In this document: positions 39,659 to 49,311 of the stretch, one piece after another
Position numbering within the stretch: the stretch's first letter is position 1
Layout: each line of letters opens with the position of its first letter
Origin: a virus
Length of the DNA: 62,942 bases
Virus genome (UHGV): UHGV-0389389
Strand: one strand, 5' to 3'
Notes under the pieces: model-generated
Database searches by the model: none
What the model saw: only the letters and a program-made list of their open reading frames with translations
What the model was told of the DNA's origin: nothing
Position numbers and translations under genes: made by a program

Positions 39659-40792
39659 GTGAATGCATGGAGTAAAGAATTTACGCCGCCGGAATTTGTG
39701 GGTTATAGCGAGCCGGAAGAAATACAGCAGAGGATGATGAGCGAACTTCCGGAAGGTATTGATGATATGCCGGGAGGATTCCCTTATGATTTTACAATGC
39801 CAACGGCGATTGAAAAGTCAGAATTGATTCAGTTTCATATGGCCCGGACGCTGATGCTCATGTTTCCAATGTGGGCGTGGGACGATTGGCTCGATCTACA
39901 CGCAGCAGCGGAGGGCATAGAACGACGTCAAGCTGGTTACGCAAGTGGCAAAATCGACGTTACCGGAGATCCGGGAACTATAATTCCGAAAGGGACAATT
40001 TTTTGTACGGAAGCAACAGATGCTTCTCCGGCGTTGGAATATTCATCTGATGAATCCATGGCAATACCAGATGATGGTACGGTTGAAATCTTAGTGACTG
40101 CTGTTGAGCCCGGGAAAGAGTCTAATACGAATGCGAATACAATAAAATTTTTGCTGAATAACATAAAGGGCGTTTCGTCGGTAAAAAATTCTGAAGCTAT
40201 TACTGGCGGTACGGACATAGAAAGTGACGAGTCTCTACGTCAGAGAATAGAAGAAAAATGTACGCAGGAAGGAGTAAGCTATATTGGAAATGACGCTGAT
40301 TATATCCGATGGGCCAAGGAAGTGGTGGGGGTGGGGGATTGCATTGTAGATGCAACATGGAATGGACCGGGAACGGTTAAACTTATAATTGTAGACTCAA
40401 ATGGCTCTCCAGCCAATGAAAAATTGATACAGGATGTATATGACCATATTGTTTCTCCAAATGATCGTTCGCAGCGCTTGCTCCCTACAGGAAGTGCAGA
40501 GCTGACCATAGTTCCGGCTACTATTAAAAATGTGTCATATACATGTACCGGTTTAGTTTATGATGAAACGACAGACATACCTACCATTATAAGCGCTTTT
40601 AAAAATCTTGTACTACAGGAATACTCAGAATCAAAATTTGATGGAGTCCTGATTTATAACCAGATTCGCCCTCTTATTACGGATATTCCTGGAGTGTCTG
40701 ACTTCGATACGTTTTTGATAAACGGGAGTGAAGAAAACATTGTCTTAGATAAGGGAGAGTACCCAGCGACAGAAAACGTGGATTTCAGTTAG
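39659..40792 (+). CDS. Baseplate J-like protein (XkdT-like)
   Basis: About 377 aa with a baseplate-J-like pattern; GTG start after GAGGAGGTG. Confidence 0.6.
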   Translation: MNAWSKEFTPPEFVGYSEPEEIQQRMMSELPEGIDDMPGGFPYDFTMPTAIEKSELIQFHMARTLMLMFPMWAWDDWLDLHAAAEGIERRQAGYASGKIDVTGDPGTIIPKGTIFCTEATDASPALEYSSDESMAIPDDGTVEILVTAVEPGKESNTNANTIKFLLNNIKGVSSVKNSEAITGGTDIESDESLRQRIEEKCTQEGVSYIGNDADYIRWAKEVVGVGDCIVDATWNGPGTVKLIIVDSNGSPANEKLIQDVYDHIVSPNDRSQRLLPTGSAELTIVPATIKNVSYTCTGLVYDETTDIPTIISAFKNLVLQEYSESKFDGVLIYNQIRPLITDIPGVSDFDTFLINGSEENIVLDKGEYPATENVDFS

Positions 40793-40802
40793 GAGGGATC
40801 TT

Positions 40803-41810
40803 ATGAATATAGAAAATTTTCCGACATCTGAATCTGCCAAAAGGATGATGGGATACATAACGGGAAATGAATTCTATGGAAAATCCTATGTGGGAAAATG
40901 GATCTTCCAGGTAATGGGTAAAGAGATGGACGATGCACATCTGCGCATTGAAGAGGAGCTCCCATATCAGGCATTTCCTGAGACGGCAACATGGGGGCTC
41001 CGGTACCATGAGGAGAAATACGGTCTTCCGGTAAGAGAGAATTTGAGTTACGAAGAACGCAGAAAGCTCATACTGGAAAAAAGGAATACCAGAGCCCCCA
41101 TGAATCCATATATGATGGAAAAAATACTGGAAAATATAATCGGAAGAAAGGTTCATGTAAATGATGAAGATACACCGATCAATACTTTTACAGTCGAGAT
41201 TGAACCCGGAGAAAACTCGGTTGATATTATAGCTGCGATAAAGAAATTAAAAGAGATTAAGCAGTCCCATGTGGCGTTTACGTTTTCGTTCACATCGCTT
41301 TCCAGAATAGAGATATGCGGTCACACAAAAAAATGGAAGACATCGTATACCCAGTGCGGTACAACACCGATGGTAAGCAATGGTCTTGGACTTGCAGAAA
41401 CAGGAATAGATGTAGTTCCATCAACTGATTTTTACGAAACAGAAGCGCCTCTAACCGGTGAAATATATAGAGCCGGTCAATATCCTATCACAAGCGTTGG
41501 GGTGGAACTGGCGGATAATAACATTGATGTCTCAGGACGAGGCAGAGGACTTTCGGTTGCATATCCAAACACTGGCGAGCATGTCAAAACAGGGACATAT
41601 CCAAATATTCAGGCTAGCGCCAGTTATTCCGCCGTGGGAATTGATGCAGAAGCAGAAGGAGAAGGACACATTTATCGCAGTAAATTAGCGGGCACAGATC
41701 CGAAAGTAAGTGTCCAATCGGCAGAATCCGATAATGGAGTGGTTCCAGAGGTTACCACAGAAGCATACCAAGTAAGATACAAGCTCTGTGGAGATGCCTT
41801 TGAGATATAA
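40803..41810 (+). CDS. XkdU-like (DUF2313) tail protein
   Basis: N-terminal region resembles DUF2313/YmfQ. Confidence 0.45.
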   Translation: MNIENFPTSESAKRMMGYITGNEFYGKSYVGKWIFQVMGKEMDDAHLRIEEELPYQAFPETATWGLRYHEEKYGLPVRENLSYEERRKLILEKRNTRAPMNPYMMEKILENIIGRKVHVNDEDTPINTFTVEIEPGENSVDIIAAIKKLKEIKQSHVAFTFSFTSLSRIEICGHTKKWKTSYTQCGTTPMVSNGLGLAETGIDVVPSTDFYETEAPLTGEIYRAGQYPITSVGVELADNNIDVSGRGRGLSVAYPNTGEHVKTGTYPNIQASASYSAVGIDAEAEGEGHIYRSKLAGTDPKVSVQSAESDNGVVPEVTTEAYQVRYKLCGDAFEI

Positions 41811-41819
41811 AAAGGAGGT

Positions 41820-42149
41820 ATGCAGATGAAACTATTGACAAGCAAGGCAATCCAGGGATACCGCGATTACACGAAACGTACGATTGCCTATGCGAAGTAC
41901 AAAGTCGGTTCGACTTATCACAAGACGAAGATCGAATCGGTAAATGTAACGGAAGACGGAATTGTAGAAGTTCGATTTAAGATCGAAGCAGCTACCACAG
42001 GCGCCGCTACTGTTACAGAAATCCAATTGTATGACACAAATAATGACTTATGGCTCTCTAAACAGGAATCCTTAGAAATGAATTCTGTTGCAGAGGGATT
42101 TTATTATGTCTGCCAGTTGGAAATCAGCGAAAGGGAGGTTGAGGAATAA
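41820..42149 (+). CDS. Hypothetical tail-fibre-associated protein
   Basis: ORF with AAAGGAGG. Confidence 0.3.
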   Translation: MQMKLLTSKAIQGYRDYTKRTIAYAKYKVGSTYHKTKIESVNVTEDGIVEVRFKIEAATTGAATVTEIQLYDTNNDLWLSKQESLEMNSVAEGFYYVCQLEISEREVEE

Positions 42150-42640
42150 TGCGAGAACTTGTGAATTGGAAAGATCATGTGGTTCAGTATCCCGGAAGGT
42201 TCGAAGAACAGGATCTGGGCGGAGGGCTTGTTCGACATACGCCATCTCCGGGAAAAGTAGAGCAACAAGGAACTCCTCAGAATGCGACAAATTTCAATAT
42301 TATGGACTTGGCTGCATTTGAAGCAATGCTTATGGCATCGGAAAATGCTCGCGAACTTCTCCAGGTCAATCGTGATCTTGCTGCGATTACAGGAGAAAAA
42401 ATACAGGTTACGCTGACAAATTCTCAGCAGTATCCACACAATAATTCTAAAAAAACCGTGCAGCTTTCTAATCAGAGGAACAACATGGATTATACGGTTG
42501 AATGCGAAGTAGTCAGCGTGACGGGAGGAGCTGTTGGAGAGTTTGAATTCAGCGACAAACTTCTGAATGGCTTCAAAATCGCTTATACCGGTTCTGCAAG
42601 CCAGGTGATTGTAAACTGCTATGTGAGAGGAGGCATTTAA
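42149..42640 (+). CDS. Hypothetical tail-fibre-associated protein
   Basis: ORF. Confidence 0.3.
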   Translation: MRELVNWKDHVVQYPGRFEEQDLGGGLVRHTPSPGKVEQQGTPQNATNFNIMDLAAFEAMLMASENARELLQVNRDLAAITGEKIQVTLTNSQQYPHNNSKKTVQLSNQRNNMDYTVECEVVSVTGGAVGEFEFSDKLLNGFKIAYTGSASQVIVNCYVRGGI

Positions 42641-42641
42641 A

Positions 42642-42815
42642 ATGGCGAATATTATTGTCAAAAATGATGATCGCAGAAAAGAAGAAGAACATGTAATGAG
42701 GAGCTATGGAGTCGATCGACGCGATCCGTCCATGAGGGAAGCGGCGGAGATCGCAGCGGCCCGTACCAGAGAAGCAGTAAACATGGCTCAGAACAGAAGG
42801 AGGTATTTCTTATGA
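42642..42815 (+). CDS. Small hypothetical protein (57 aa), absent from the ORF track because it is under 60 aa
   Basis: ATG after GAGAGGAGG; its stop overlaps the next gene's ATG (ATGA). Confidence 0.35.
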   Translation: MANIIVKNDDRRKEEEHVMRSYGVDRRDPSMREAAEIAAARTREAVNMAQNRRRYFL

Positions 42816-43177
42816 AAGTAACGCATTTGCCGGAGGACGGCACAAATTTTATCCCCTATGAGGTCATGGGGAAGATCATTAGCTTCAATGACGGAGATCT
42901 GATGTTTGACGCATCCAAAAAGGAGAGAGACTACGAAGTGGTTATCGATATTTGCCAGGATTACACCGGCGCTCTAGTGATGGGGGCCTCAAGCGGTGAA
43001 ATATATGTAGCCCAGCTTGTTGTGCCGGCGAGGGAGTATATCGAAACTGAGTCGGAAAATCCGGATTACAATCCAGAGTCAGAAGAAGGAACCGAATCCC
43101 AGACAATTACGAGCAGGGAGCCGGTTCCTTTTAATATTGAAAAGTGTGAACTTAGATTATGGGAAATGGAGGTTTAA
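42812..43177 (+). CDS. Hypothetical tail-fibre-associated protein
   Basis: ORF. Confidence 0.3.
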   Translation: MKVTHLPEDGTNFIPYEVMGKIISFNDGDLMFDASKKERDYEVVIDICQDYTGALVMGASSGEIYVAQLVVPAREYIETESENPDYNPESEEGTESQTITSREPVPFNIEKCELRLWEMEV

Positions 43178-43180
43178 ATA

Positions 43181-44248
43181 ATGCCGAATTTTGATGATTT
43201 TAAATTAGCGATAGAAGCGATGTCGGGCGGTAAGAATACCGTCCTTTTTGATGACATGGAAATGCCATCTGTAATGGTTCCGTTTCCGAAAATGAATATT
43301 TCGGAGATCATGGACGGAGGCAGCCAGAACATTCATCCAGGATTTAAGGTAGGCGGAGTAGACAAAGATAAGATTTATGTTGGGAAGTATCAGAGCATCG
43401 TCTTGAATGAGCGCGCATATAGTCTTCCGATGCGTGATCCGAAAACATATACCACTTTCGATCAGGCTCTTACCTACTGCCGAAACAAAGGAAATGGGTG
43501 GAGCCTGGTTCCGTATTCCCTTTGGAGTGCGATTGCTCTGTGGTGCCGGAAAAACGGAACCATGCCGAGAGGAAACAATAACTATGGTAAAGATGTTTCT
43601 TACCCCCATGAGAAAGGAATCCCTACAAGTTACGAAACATCTGGAGATCATAACGGAGAGCCTGCGAGATGTGCTACCGGATCCGGTCCGAACACATGGA
43701 GCCATAACTGGATGCCTGATGGAATTTTCGATTTGAACGGAAATGTATGGGAATGGTGCGCAGGCATGCGTCTGAAAGATGGAGAAATCCAGATTATCCC
43801 GTATGCCAACAGTATGCTGGCAGAAACGAATATGGGGGCGAATTCTACTGAGTGGAAAGCTATTAAATCTGACGGTTCCCTTGTTGATCCGGGAACAGAA
43901 GGAACATTGAAATGGGATTGGGTATCCAGCAAGATCCAGCTTACTAATGGAACTATTACATACACCACGGATCAGGGAAATGGAGGACAATACAAAGATA
44001 TGACTCTTGCATCTGGTCTGAGTGCCGCACCAGAGTTGGCAAAAGCTCTGCTGTTGTATCCAGATGAACCTGGCGGAGATTATGGCAACGACTATCATTG
44101 GATGAATACCAGAGGAGAGCGGCTGCCGTCATGTGGGGGCGGGTGGTACAATGGCTCCAACGCCGGCGGCTTCAACGTCAATCTGAACAATCCCCGCTCG
44201 TACTCCAACTCCACCGTCGGCTTCCGCTCCGCTTTTGTAGATCTGTAA
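43181..44248 (+). CDS. DGR target protein: tail fibre / receptor-binding protein with a C-terminal FGE-sulfatase/C-type-lectin-fold domain holding the variable region
   Basis: GNVWEWCAGMRL (FGE-domain signature); the C-terminal 116 nt are a near-copy of the template repeat upstream of the RT. Confidence 0.7.
   Translation: MPNFDDFKLAIEAMSGGKNTVLFDDMEMPSVMVPFPKMNISEIMDGGSQNIHPGFKVGGVDKDKIYVGKYQSIVLNERAYSLPMRDPKTYTTFDQALTYCRNKGNGWSLVPYSLWSAIALWCRKNGTMPRGNNNYGKDVSYPHEKGIPTSYETSGDHNGEPARCATGSGPNTWSHNWMPDGIFDLNGNVWEWCAGMRLKDGEIQIIPYANSMLAETNMGANSTEWKAIKSDGSLVDPGTEGTLKWDWVSSKIQLTNGTITYTTDQGNGGQYKDMTLASGLSAAPELAKALLLYPDEPGGDYGNDYHWMNTRGERLPSCGGGWYNGSNAGGFNVNLNNPRSYSNSTVGFRSAFVDL
44118..44233 (+). 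repeat. DGR variable region (VR)
   Basis: 116-nt match to 44763-44878 with 6 differences, 4 of them at template adenines of AAC codons. Confidence 0.7.
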
Positions 44249-44269
44249 TCTGTTGCACTGTGTTCTGAA

Positions 44270-44291
44270 CCCTCCCACGGTAGTGGGAGGG
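44270..44291 (+). promoter_or_regulatory. GC-rich hairpin downstream of VR (ccctcccac-ggta-gtgggaggg)
   Basis: Perfect 9-bp inverted repeat with a 4-nt loop, 37 nt past the end of VR. Confidence 0.55.
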
Positions 44292-44402
44292 TAATGTTAG
44301 CTTCTACATAATAACGGAATACGATATAAAATAACTATATCAGATGAAAAAGATTAAAATATGATAATATCGAAAGGAAGTCGGTCTATCGGAGGTTGTC
44401 TA

Positions 44403-44741
44403 ATGGAAGATCTCATTATATTGCAGAAGGCGTTTGAGATGATGGAATATGGATATACTGCTCTGGCACAGTATCCTAAAGCTGAAAAATTTGCTCTTGT
44501 AGTGGATATAAAACGCTGTATGCATAAGATTTTGGAAAAGATAATCGAAGCAAATAAAAAATATTATAAAAAAACTACGCTTCAAGAATTGGATGTAGAA
44601 ATTATGAAATTAAAGGCTTATTTACGCCTCTCGTACAATTTGAAATTTTTACCACCAAAGAAATATGAGATTTGGAGCGCAAAGTCGGTAGAACTTGGCC
44701 GAATGGTCGGAGGATGGATTAAAAGTAGCAAAAAAGACTGA
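44403..44741 (+). CDS. avd: DGR accessory variability determinant (Avd)
   Basis: About 112 aa, basic, helical, located between the target and TR/RT; RBS GGAGG. Confidence 0.6.
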   Translation: MEDLIILQKAFEMMEYGYTALAQYPKAEKFALVVDIKRCMHKILEKIIEANKKYYKKTTLQELDVEIMKLKAYLRLSYNLKFLPPKKYEIWSAKSVELGRMVGGWIKSSKKD

Positions 44742-44762
44742 CCTCATTTGGGAGCAGGATAT

Positions 44763-44878
44763 AGCGGCTGCCGTTATGTGGGGGCAGGTGGAACAATGGC
44801 TCCAACGCCGGCGTCTTCAACGTCAATCTGAACAATCCCCGCTCGAACTCCAACTCCAACGTCGGCTTCCGCTCCGCT
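44763..44878 (+). repeat. DGR template region (TR)
   Basis: Non-coding copy of VR, rich in AAC/AAT codons in the VR frame. Confidence 0.7.
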
Positions 44879-45033
44879 CTACCTTCGTGGTCAGATGTTA
44901 TAAACTCAAGGGTTTATATCCAGTACAGAAGGGTAAAGGATCTTGTTTCCGTTGCGATAGCAAAAAAATACTATTTAGCACAAGCCGAGAGTATCGATAT
45001 TGAGAAATCCGCAGTGCTTTACGGGAAGTTAAT

Positions 45034-46128
45034 ATGTCGATTAGAAATGTTTTTTCAGATATTTGTTCCTTTGAAACATTGCTACAAGCAGAAAGGAACG
45101 TCAGAAAAGGGAGAAGATATGGAAAAGCGGAATTGAGTTTTTGGGCGAACCTTGAAGATAATATATACCGCATTTCAGAATCCATTAGTAACCTTCGTTT
45201 TCCTCCGGACCGATACTATTCGTTTTATGTATATGAGCCTAAGTTGCGAAGGATTATATCAGCTGATTATACCACCAAAATCATACAAAGGGCGGCGTAT
45301 GATGTTCTGAATCCGATATTATGTAAAGGTTTTATATCAGATACATATGCATGCATCAAAGGGAGAGGGCAGGTAAATGCAATGAAACGGCTGGCATCAT
45401 GGGTGGATCAGGCAGCCGATAGCGGAGAAAATTGGTATTATCTGAAAATGGACGTAGAGAAATTCTTTTATAGAATTGACCACGATATCCTGATGAATAT
45501 CATTGAGAAGAAAATAGGGGATAAAAAAACGGTTAGGTTATTGGAACACTATATTTGTGAAGCGTCTAGTCCTTTCGGACTTCCATTAGGAGTAAAAAAT
45601 CCTATGGAAGTTGCTGAAGAAGATCTGCTATGGGATGTCGGAATTACAATCGGTGGAGGACTATCCCATATGTATGGAAACATGTATCTTAACCAACTTG
45701 ATCAGCTCGCAAAGAGAACATTCGGTATAAAGAAATATATACGGTTAATGGACGACATAGTGATCCTGTACCCGGACAAATCGGTCCTTCATAAATATAA
45801 AAAAGAGTTTTCTGAGTTTTTATCCGATGTATTACATCTGCGATTAAATAATAAGACGGCAATTCGACCTATAAATCAAGGAATGGAGTTTGTCGGATAC
45901 CGTATTTGGCCGCATAAAGTCAGGCTGAGAAAATCAACCAGTCTTAGGATGAAACGGAGGCTGAAAAAAGTGCAGGAGGATTATCGAAATTATGAAATGT
46001 CATTTGAGAAGGCAAATGACACGGTTATGAGCTATATGTCTCTTATGAAGCACTGTGACTGCGAAGCTCTTAAAACAAAGATCTTTAGCGATTTTGTGCT
46101 TACGCATAACCCGAAGGAGGCAAACTAA
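45034..46128 (+). CDS. DGR reverse transcriptase
   Basis: RT motifs: YIRLMDDIVIL (YxDD) and GGGLSHMYGNMYLNQ (resembles the DGR-type IGNxxSQ motif 4); about 364 aa. Confidence 0.75.
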   Translation: MSIRNVFSDICSFETLLQAERNVRKGRRYGKAELSFWANLEDNIYRISESISNLRFPPDRYYSFYVYEPKLRRIISADYTTKIIQRAAYDVLNPILCKGFISDTYACIKGRGQVNAMKRLASWVDQAADSGENWYYLKMDVEKFFYRIDHDILMNIIEKKIGDKKTVRLLEHYICEASSPFGLPLGVKNPMEVAEEDLLWDVGITIGGGLSHMYGNMYLNQLDQLAKRTFGIKKYIRLMDDIVILYPDKSVLHKYKKEFSEFLSDVLHLRLNNKTAIRPINQGMEFVGYRIWPHKVRLRKSTSLRMKRRLKKVQEDYRNYEMSFEKANDTVMSYMSLMKHCDCEALKTKIFSDFVLTHNPKEAN

Positions 46129-46131
46129 ATA

Positions 46132-46362
46132 ATGGACGAGAGTAAGCTATTGGAACTTCTTGATCTATATATTGATATGGTCGAGAAACAAGATGAAGCC
46201 ATACGCCAGTTGTCAGAAATAATAAGAAAGCAATCATATGAAATTGCGCATATGAGAAATTTATATGGATTTACCGAAGAAAATACTTCTCAGATTCAAG
46301 GAACTGATCTGGCTAAGGCAGCATTGGAAAGATATAATGAAATTAAAGAAACAGATTTATAA
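46132..46362 (+). CDS. Hypothetical protein
   Basis: ORF coupled to the RT gene. Confidence 0.35.
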   Translation: MDESKLLELLDLYIDMVEKQDEAIRQLSEIIRKQSYEIAHMRNLYGFTEENTSQIQGTDLAKAALERYNEIKETDL

Positions 46363-46416
46363 AAAGGGCGTCAGCCCTTTTTATGTTTTTAAAGACCGAA
46401 AAACGGTCTTTTTTTA
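46363..46416 (+). terminator. Tandem rho-independent terminators
   Basis: aaagggcgtcagccctttttat and aagaccgaaaaacggtcttttttt. Confidence 0.65.
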
Positions 46417-46507
46417 TTTGGGAAGGAGGAAGTTGAATGAACCCAATAAGGGCAGAACCGAATGAGAAAGCAACCGGAACATGCAAAACCTGACAGGAGA
46501 AAGAACG

Positions 46508-47020
46508 ATGATAGAACATTTTATGCAATCTTTCGGAAATATCAGTATTGGACAGGCAGTAATTGTCATTTCGGCGATTGTTTTTCTGGTGATGGTATAC
46601 AAAAAAGTTAAAGAATATATATCAAAAAAGGCACTTGATGAAAAAGAAAAAAACGACCGGATCCAGGAGGTTATTGATCAGGCGAAGCAGTATCCGGTAT
46701 GGCATCAGCAGAGTATCGATATACGGGAAAATCTAAATGAGTTGATCAGTAATCTGGATAAAAAGATAGACAAATTGCAATGTTCATCTGATCAGGGGAT
46801 GGCCTATACGTGGAGGTATAGAATCCTTCGCTTTAATGATGAAATTCTTCATGGAGAAAAACACAGCAAGGAACATTTCGATCAGATAATCGAGGATATT
46901 GACAAGTACGACGATTATTGCAGAGATCATCCTGAATTTCCAAACAGCAAAGTGGTATTCGCAATCAGAAACATTAAAAATGTGTATCAAAAGTGTACGG
47001 ATGAAGGCACTTTTTTATAA
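46508..47020 (+). CDS. Membrane protein with an N-terminal transmembrane segment; possible lysis accessory protein
   Basis: A single hydrophobic segment (IGQAVIVISAIVFLVMVY) followed by a soluble domain. Confidence 0.35.
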   Translation: MIEHFMQSFGNISIGQAVIVISAIVFLVMVYKKVKEYISKKALDEKEKNDRIQEVIDQAKQYPVWHQQSIDIRENLNELISNLDKKIDKLQCSSDQGMAYTWRYRILRFNDEILHGEKHSKEHFDQIIEDIDKYDDYCRDHPEFPNSKVVFAIRNIKNVYQKCTDEGTFL

Positions 47021-47032
47021 GGAGGAACCTTT

Positions 47033-47383
47033 ATGGAATTATTAGAATTTATTAAACAGATCCCGTTACCAATTCTGATTGTTGTTATTGCAATTCTGGT
47101 AATAGTGACAATCGTAGTTGTTGTTCAATACATCAAACAGAAAGGACTCGATGGGATCCGGGAAGATGTCTATCAGCTTATTTTAAAGGCTGAGCATATG
47201 TACAATGAATCTGGGGCTGGTAAACAAAAATTTGAGTGGGTTATCCAGCAGGCGAGAGGTCTGCTCCCGAAATGGCTACAGGTGCTTGTGCCGGAGAGCG
47301 CACTGAGGAACTTAGTACAGAAATGGTTTGATGGAATTAAAGATCTTCTGGACGATGGAAAAGTAAATAATTCCCAAAAATAA
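47033..47383 (+). CDS. Holin
   Basis: 116 aa with an N-terminal transmembrane segment (LPILIVVIAILVIVTIVVVV) and a charged C-terminus, immediately upstream of the endolysin. Confidence 0.55.
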   Translation: MELLEFIKQIPLPILIVVIAILVIVTIVVVVQYIKQKGLDGIREDVYQLILKAEHMYNESGAGKQKFEWVIQQARGLLPKWLQVLVPESALRNLVQKWFDGIKDLLDDGKVNNSQK

Positions 47384-47446
47384 TAAAGAAAAGGCGTATG
47401 CGAATCGGATATTAGTTCGTATGCGCCTTTTTAGATAGGAGCAAAC

Positions 47447-49207
47447 ATGACAGAAAAAGAATTTGTTGAGAAAATCGGATCATTGGCGAGTGAGGATATG
47501 GCAGTCAGTGGGATCCTTGCTTCCATCACTGCGGCACAGGCCTGCCTTGAATCCGGGTACGGGAGTACAGAGCTTGCCGTGAACGCCAATAACCTGTTCG
47601 GGATGAAATGCTCCCTGTCCGGGAACACATGGGTTTCCGTGTGGGATGGAGTGAGCAAATACACGAAGCAGACCAAAGAACAGGACGAGAACGGGAATGA
47701 GTATACCGTAACGGCAGATTTCCGGAAATATCCGGATATTCTCACAAGTATCAAAGATCATTCGTGCTATCTGAATGGTGCGATGAATGGAAGCAGGAGA
47801 AGATACGAAGGGCTTTCCGGTGAAAAAGATTACCGGAAGGCGGCAGAACTGATCAAGGCCGGGGGATATGCCACAGACATTGCGTACGTGGATAAACTTT
47901 GCAGCCTGATCGAAAGATGGAATTTAACTCAGTATGACAAGGAGGATGAAAGTATGAGTAACAGTAGCTTGGTAAATTGCACAGTAAAAAGCCCTAATCA
48001 CAGCGGGGCAAGGACGCATTCGATCGATCGAATTACCCCACATTGCGTGGTAGGACAGCTGACAGCAGAAGGAATCGGATCATGCTTCCCTGCGGGGAGA
48101 GATGCATCCTGCAATTACGGCATTGGAAAGGATGGAAGAGTTGTTCTGGTAGTGGACGAGTGTAACAGGAGCTGGTGTTCTTCCAGCAATGCTAATGACC
48201 AGAGAGCAGTGACAATCGAGTGCGCGAGCGACACGACTCATCCATATGCTATGACAGATGCGGTGTATGAAAAACTGATCGCTCTGTGCGTTGATATCTG
48301 TAGAAGGAACGGGAAAACAAAGCTGATCTGGTTCGGCGATAAGAATACGGCGTTGAATTACAGTCCGAAGTCAAACGAGATGGTTCTAACGGTACATCGT
48401 TGGTTTGCAAATAAAGCCTGCCCTGGAGACTGGCTGTATTCCAGATTAGGAGACGTAGCGAGCCGTGTAACTGCGCAGCTCAGTGGGAGTTCCGGCGGAG
48501 GAACAACCAGTGGCGGAAGTACGGGAAGTTATAAAGCAGGACTCTACAAAGTCAATGTCGGCGATCTCAACATCCGCAAAGGTCCAGGAACAAATTACGG
48601 AGTCAACGGAGTTATTACCGACAAAGGAACTTACACAATTACTGAAATCCAGAATGGTTCCTGGGGTAAACTCAAATCAGGAGCTGGTTGGATTAACGTC
48701 AGCACAGCCTATTGCACCTATGCTGGATCCGCATCAGGGGGAACAAGTTCTTCTGGTGGCAGTGCTTCTTCTGGTGCTACTTATAAGACCGGAACGTACA
48801 AGGTCAACGTGGCAGAACTCAATATTCGGAAAGGTCCTGGGACCAATTACGGAACGAATGGCTCCATCAAGGATAAAGGCGTGTACACGATCACGGAGAT
48901 TCAGAACGGCTCATGGGGAAAATTGAAGTCCGGAGCAGGTTGGATCAATGTTGACAAGGCGTACTGTACTTATAAAGGGGCAGCGGCATCCTCCGGCGGC
49001 TCTGCCTCATCCGGAAGTTTCCAGGTGCAGGTCAGCATCTCTGATTTGTATATCCGCAAAGGGCCGGGAACGAACTACGGAAAGAATGGATTCTGCCCGA
49101 AAGGTGTCTACACCATCGTTGAAACAAAAAGTGCCGGTGGATATACCTGGGGCCGCTTAAAGAGTGGAGCTGGATGGATTGCGCTGGAGTATGTTAAAAA
49201 AATATAA
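47447..49207 (+). CDS. Endolysin: N-terminal glucosaminidase, a MurNAc-L-Ala amidase (Amidase_2) domain, then three SH3b wall-binding repeats
   Basis: AAQACLESGYGSTELAVNANNLFGMK (glucosaminidase); ...IECASD...H...KACPGD (amidase_2); three repeats of YKVNVxxLNIRKGPGTNYG...GSWGKLKSGAGWI. Confidence 0.85.
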   Translation: MTEKEFVEKIGSLASEDMAVSGILASITAAQACLESGYGSTELAVNANNLFGMKCSLSGNTWVSVWDGVSKYTKQTKEQDENGNEYTVTADFRKYPDILTSIKDHSCYLNGAMNGSRRRYEGLSGEKDYRKAAELIKAGGYATDIAYVDKLCSLIERWNLTQYDKEDESMSNSSLVNCTVKSPNHSGARTHSIDRITPHCVVGQLTAEGIGSCFPAGRDASCNYGIGKDGRVVLVVDECNRSWCSSSNANDQRAVTIECASDTTHPYAMTDAVYEKLIALCVDICRRNGKTKLIWFGDKNTALNYSPKSNEMVLTVHRWFANKACPGDWLYSRLGDVASRVTAQLSGSSGGGTTSGGSTGSYKAGLYKVNVGDLNIRKGPGTNYGVNGVITDKGTYTITEIQNGSWGKLKSGAGWINVSTAYCTYAGSASGGTSSSGGSASSGATYKTGTYKVNVAELNIRKGPGTNYGTNGSIKDKGVYTITEIQNGSWGKLKSGAGWINVDKAYCTYKGAAASSGGSASSGSFQVQVSISDLYIRKGPGTNYGKNGFCPKGVYTIVETKSAGGYTWGRLKSGAGWIALEYVKKI

Positions 49208-49311
49208 TTCTTCCATTCGCCAAAACCCCATAACCTAATTTGATATAATATATCATTTTCCACTATGAATTACCATAATATGGTAGATTATAGCGGAAGG
49301 AGCAATGGCGA

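Noticed and set aside
43205-44098. 297-aa minus-strand ORF antisense to the DGR target gene
   Set aside because: It fully overlaps a well-supported plus-strand gene carrying the FGE motif; no RBS
49208-49311. Possible attR or phage end directly after the endolysin
   Set aside because: Phage-type genes continue downstream and the genome appears circular across the window ends, so this is intergenic, not a phage-host junction
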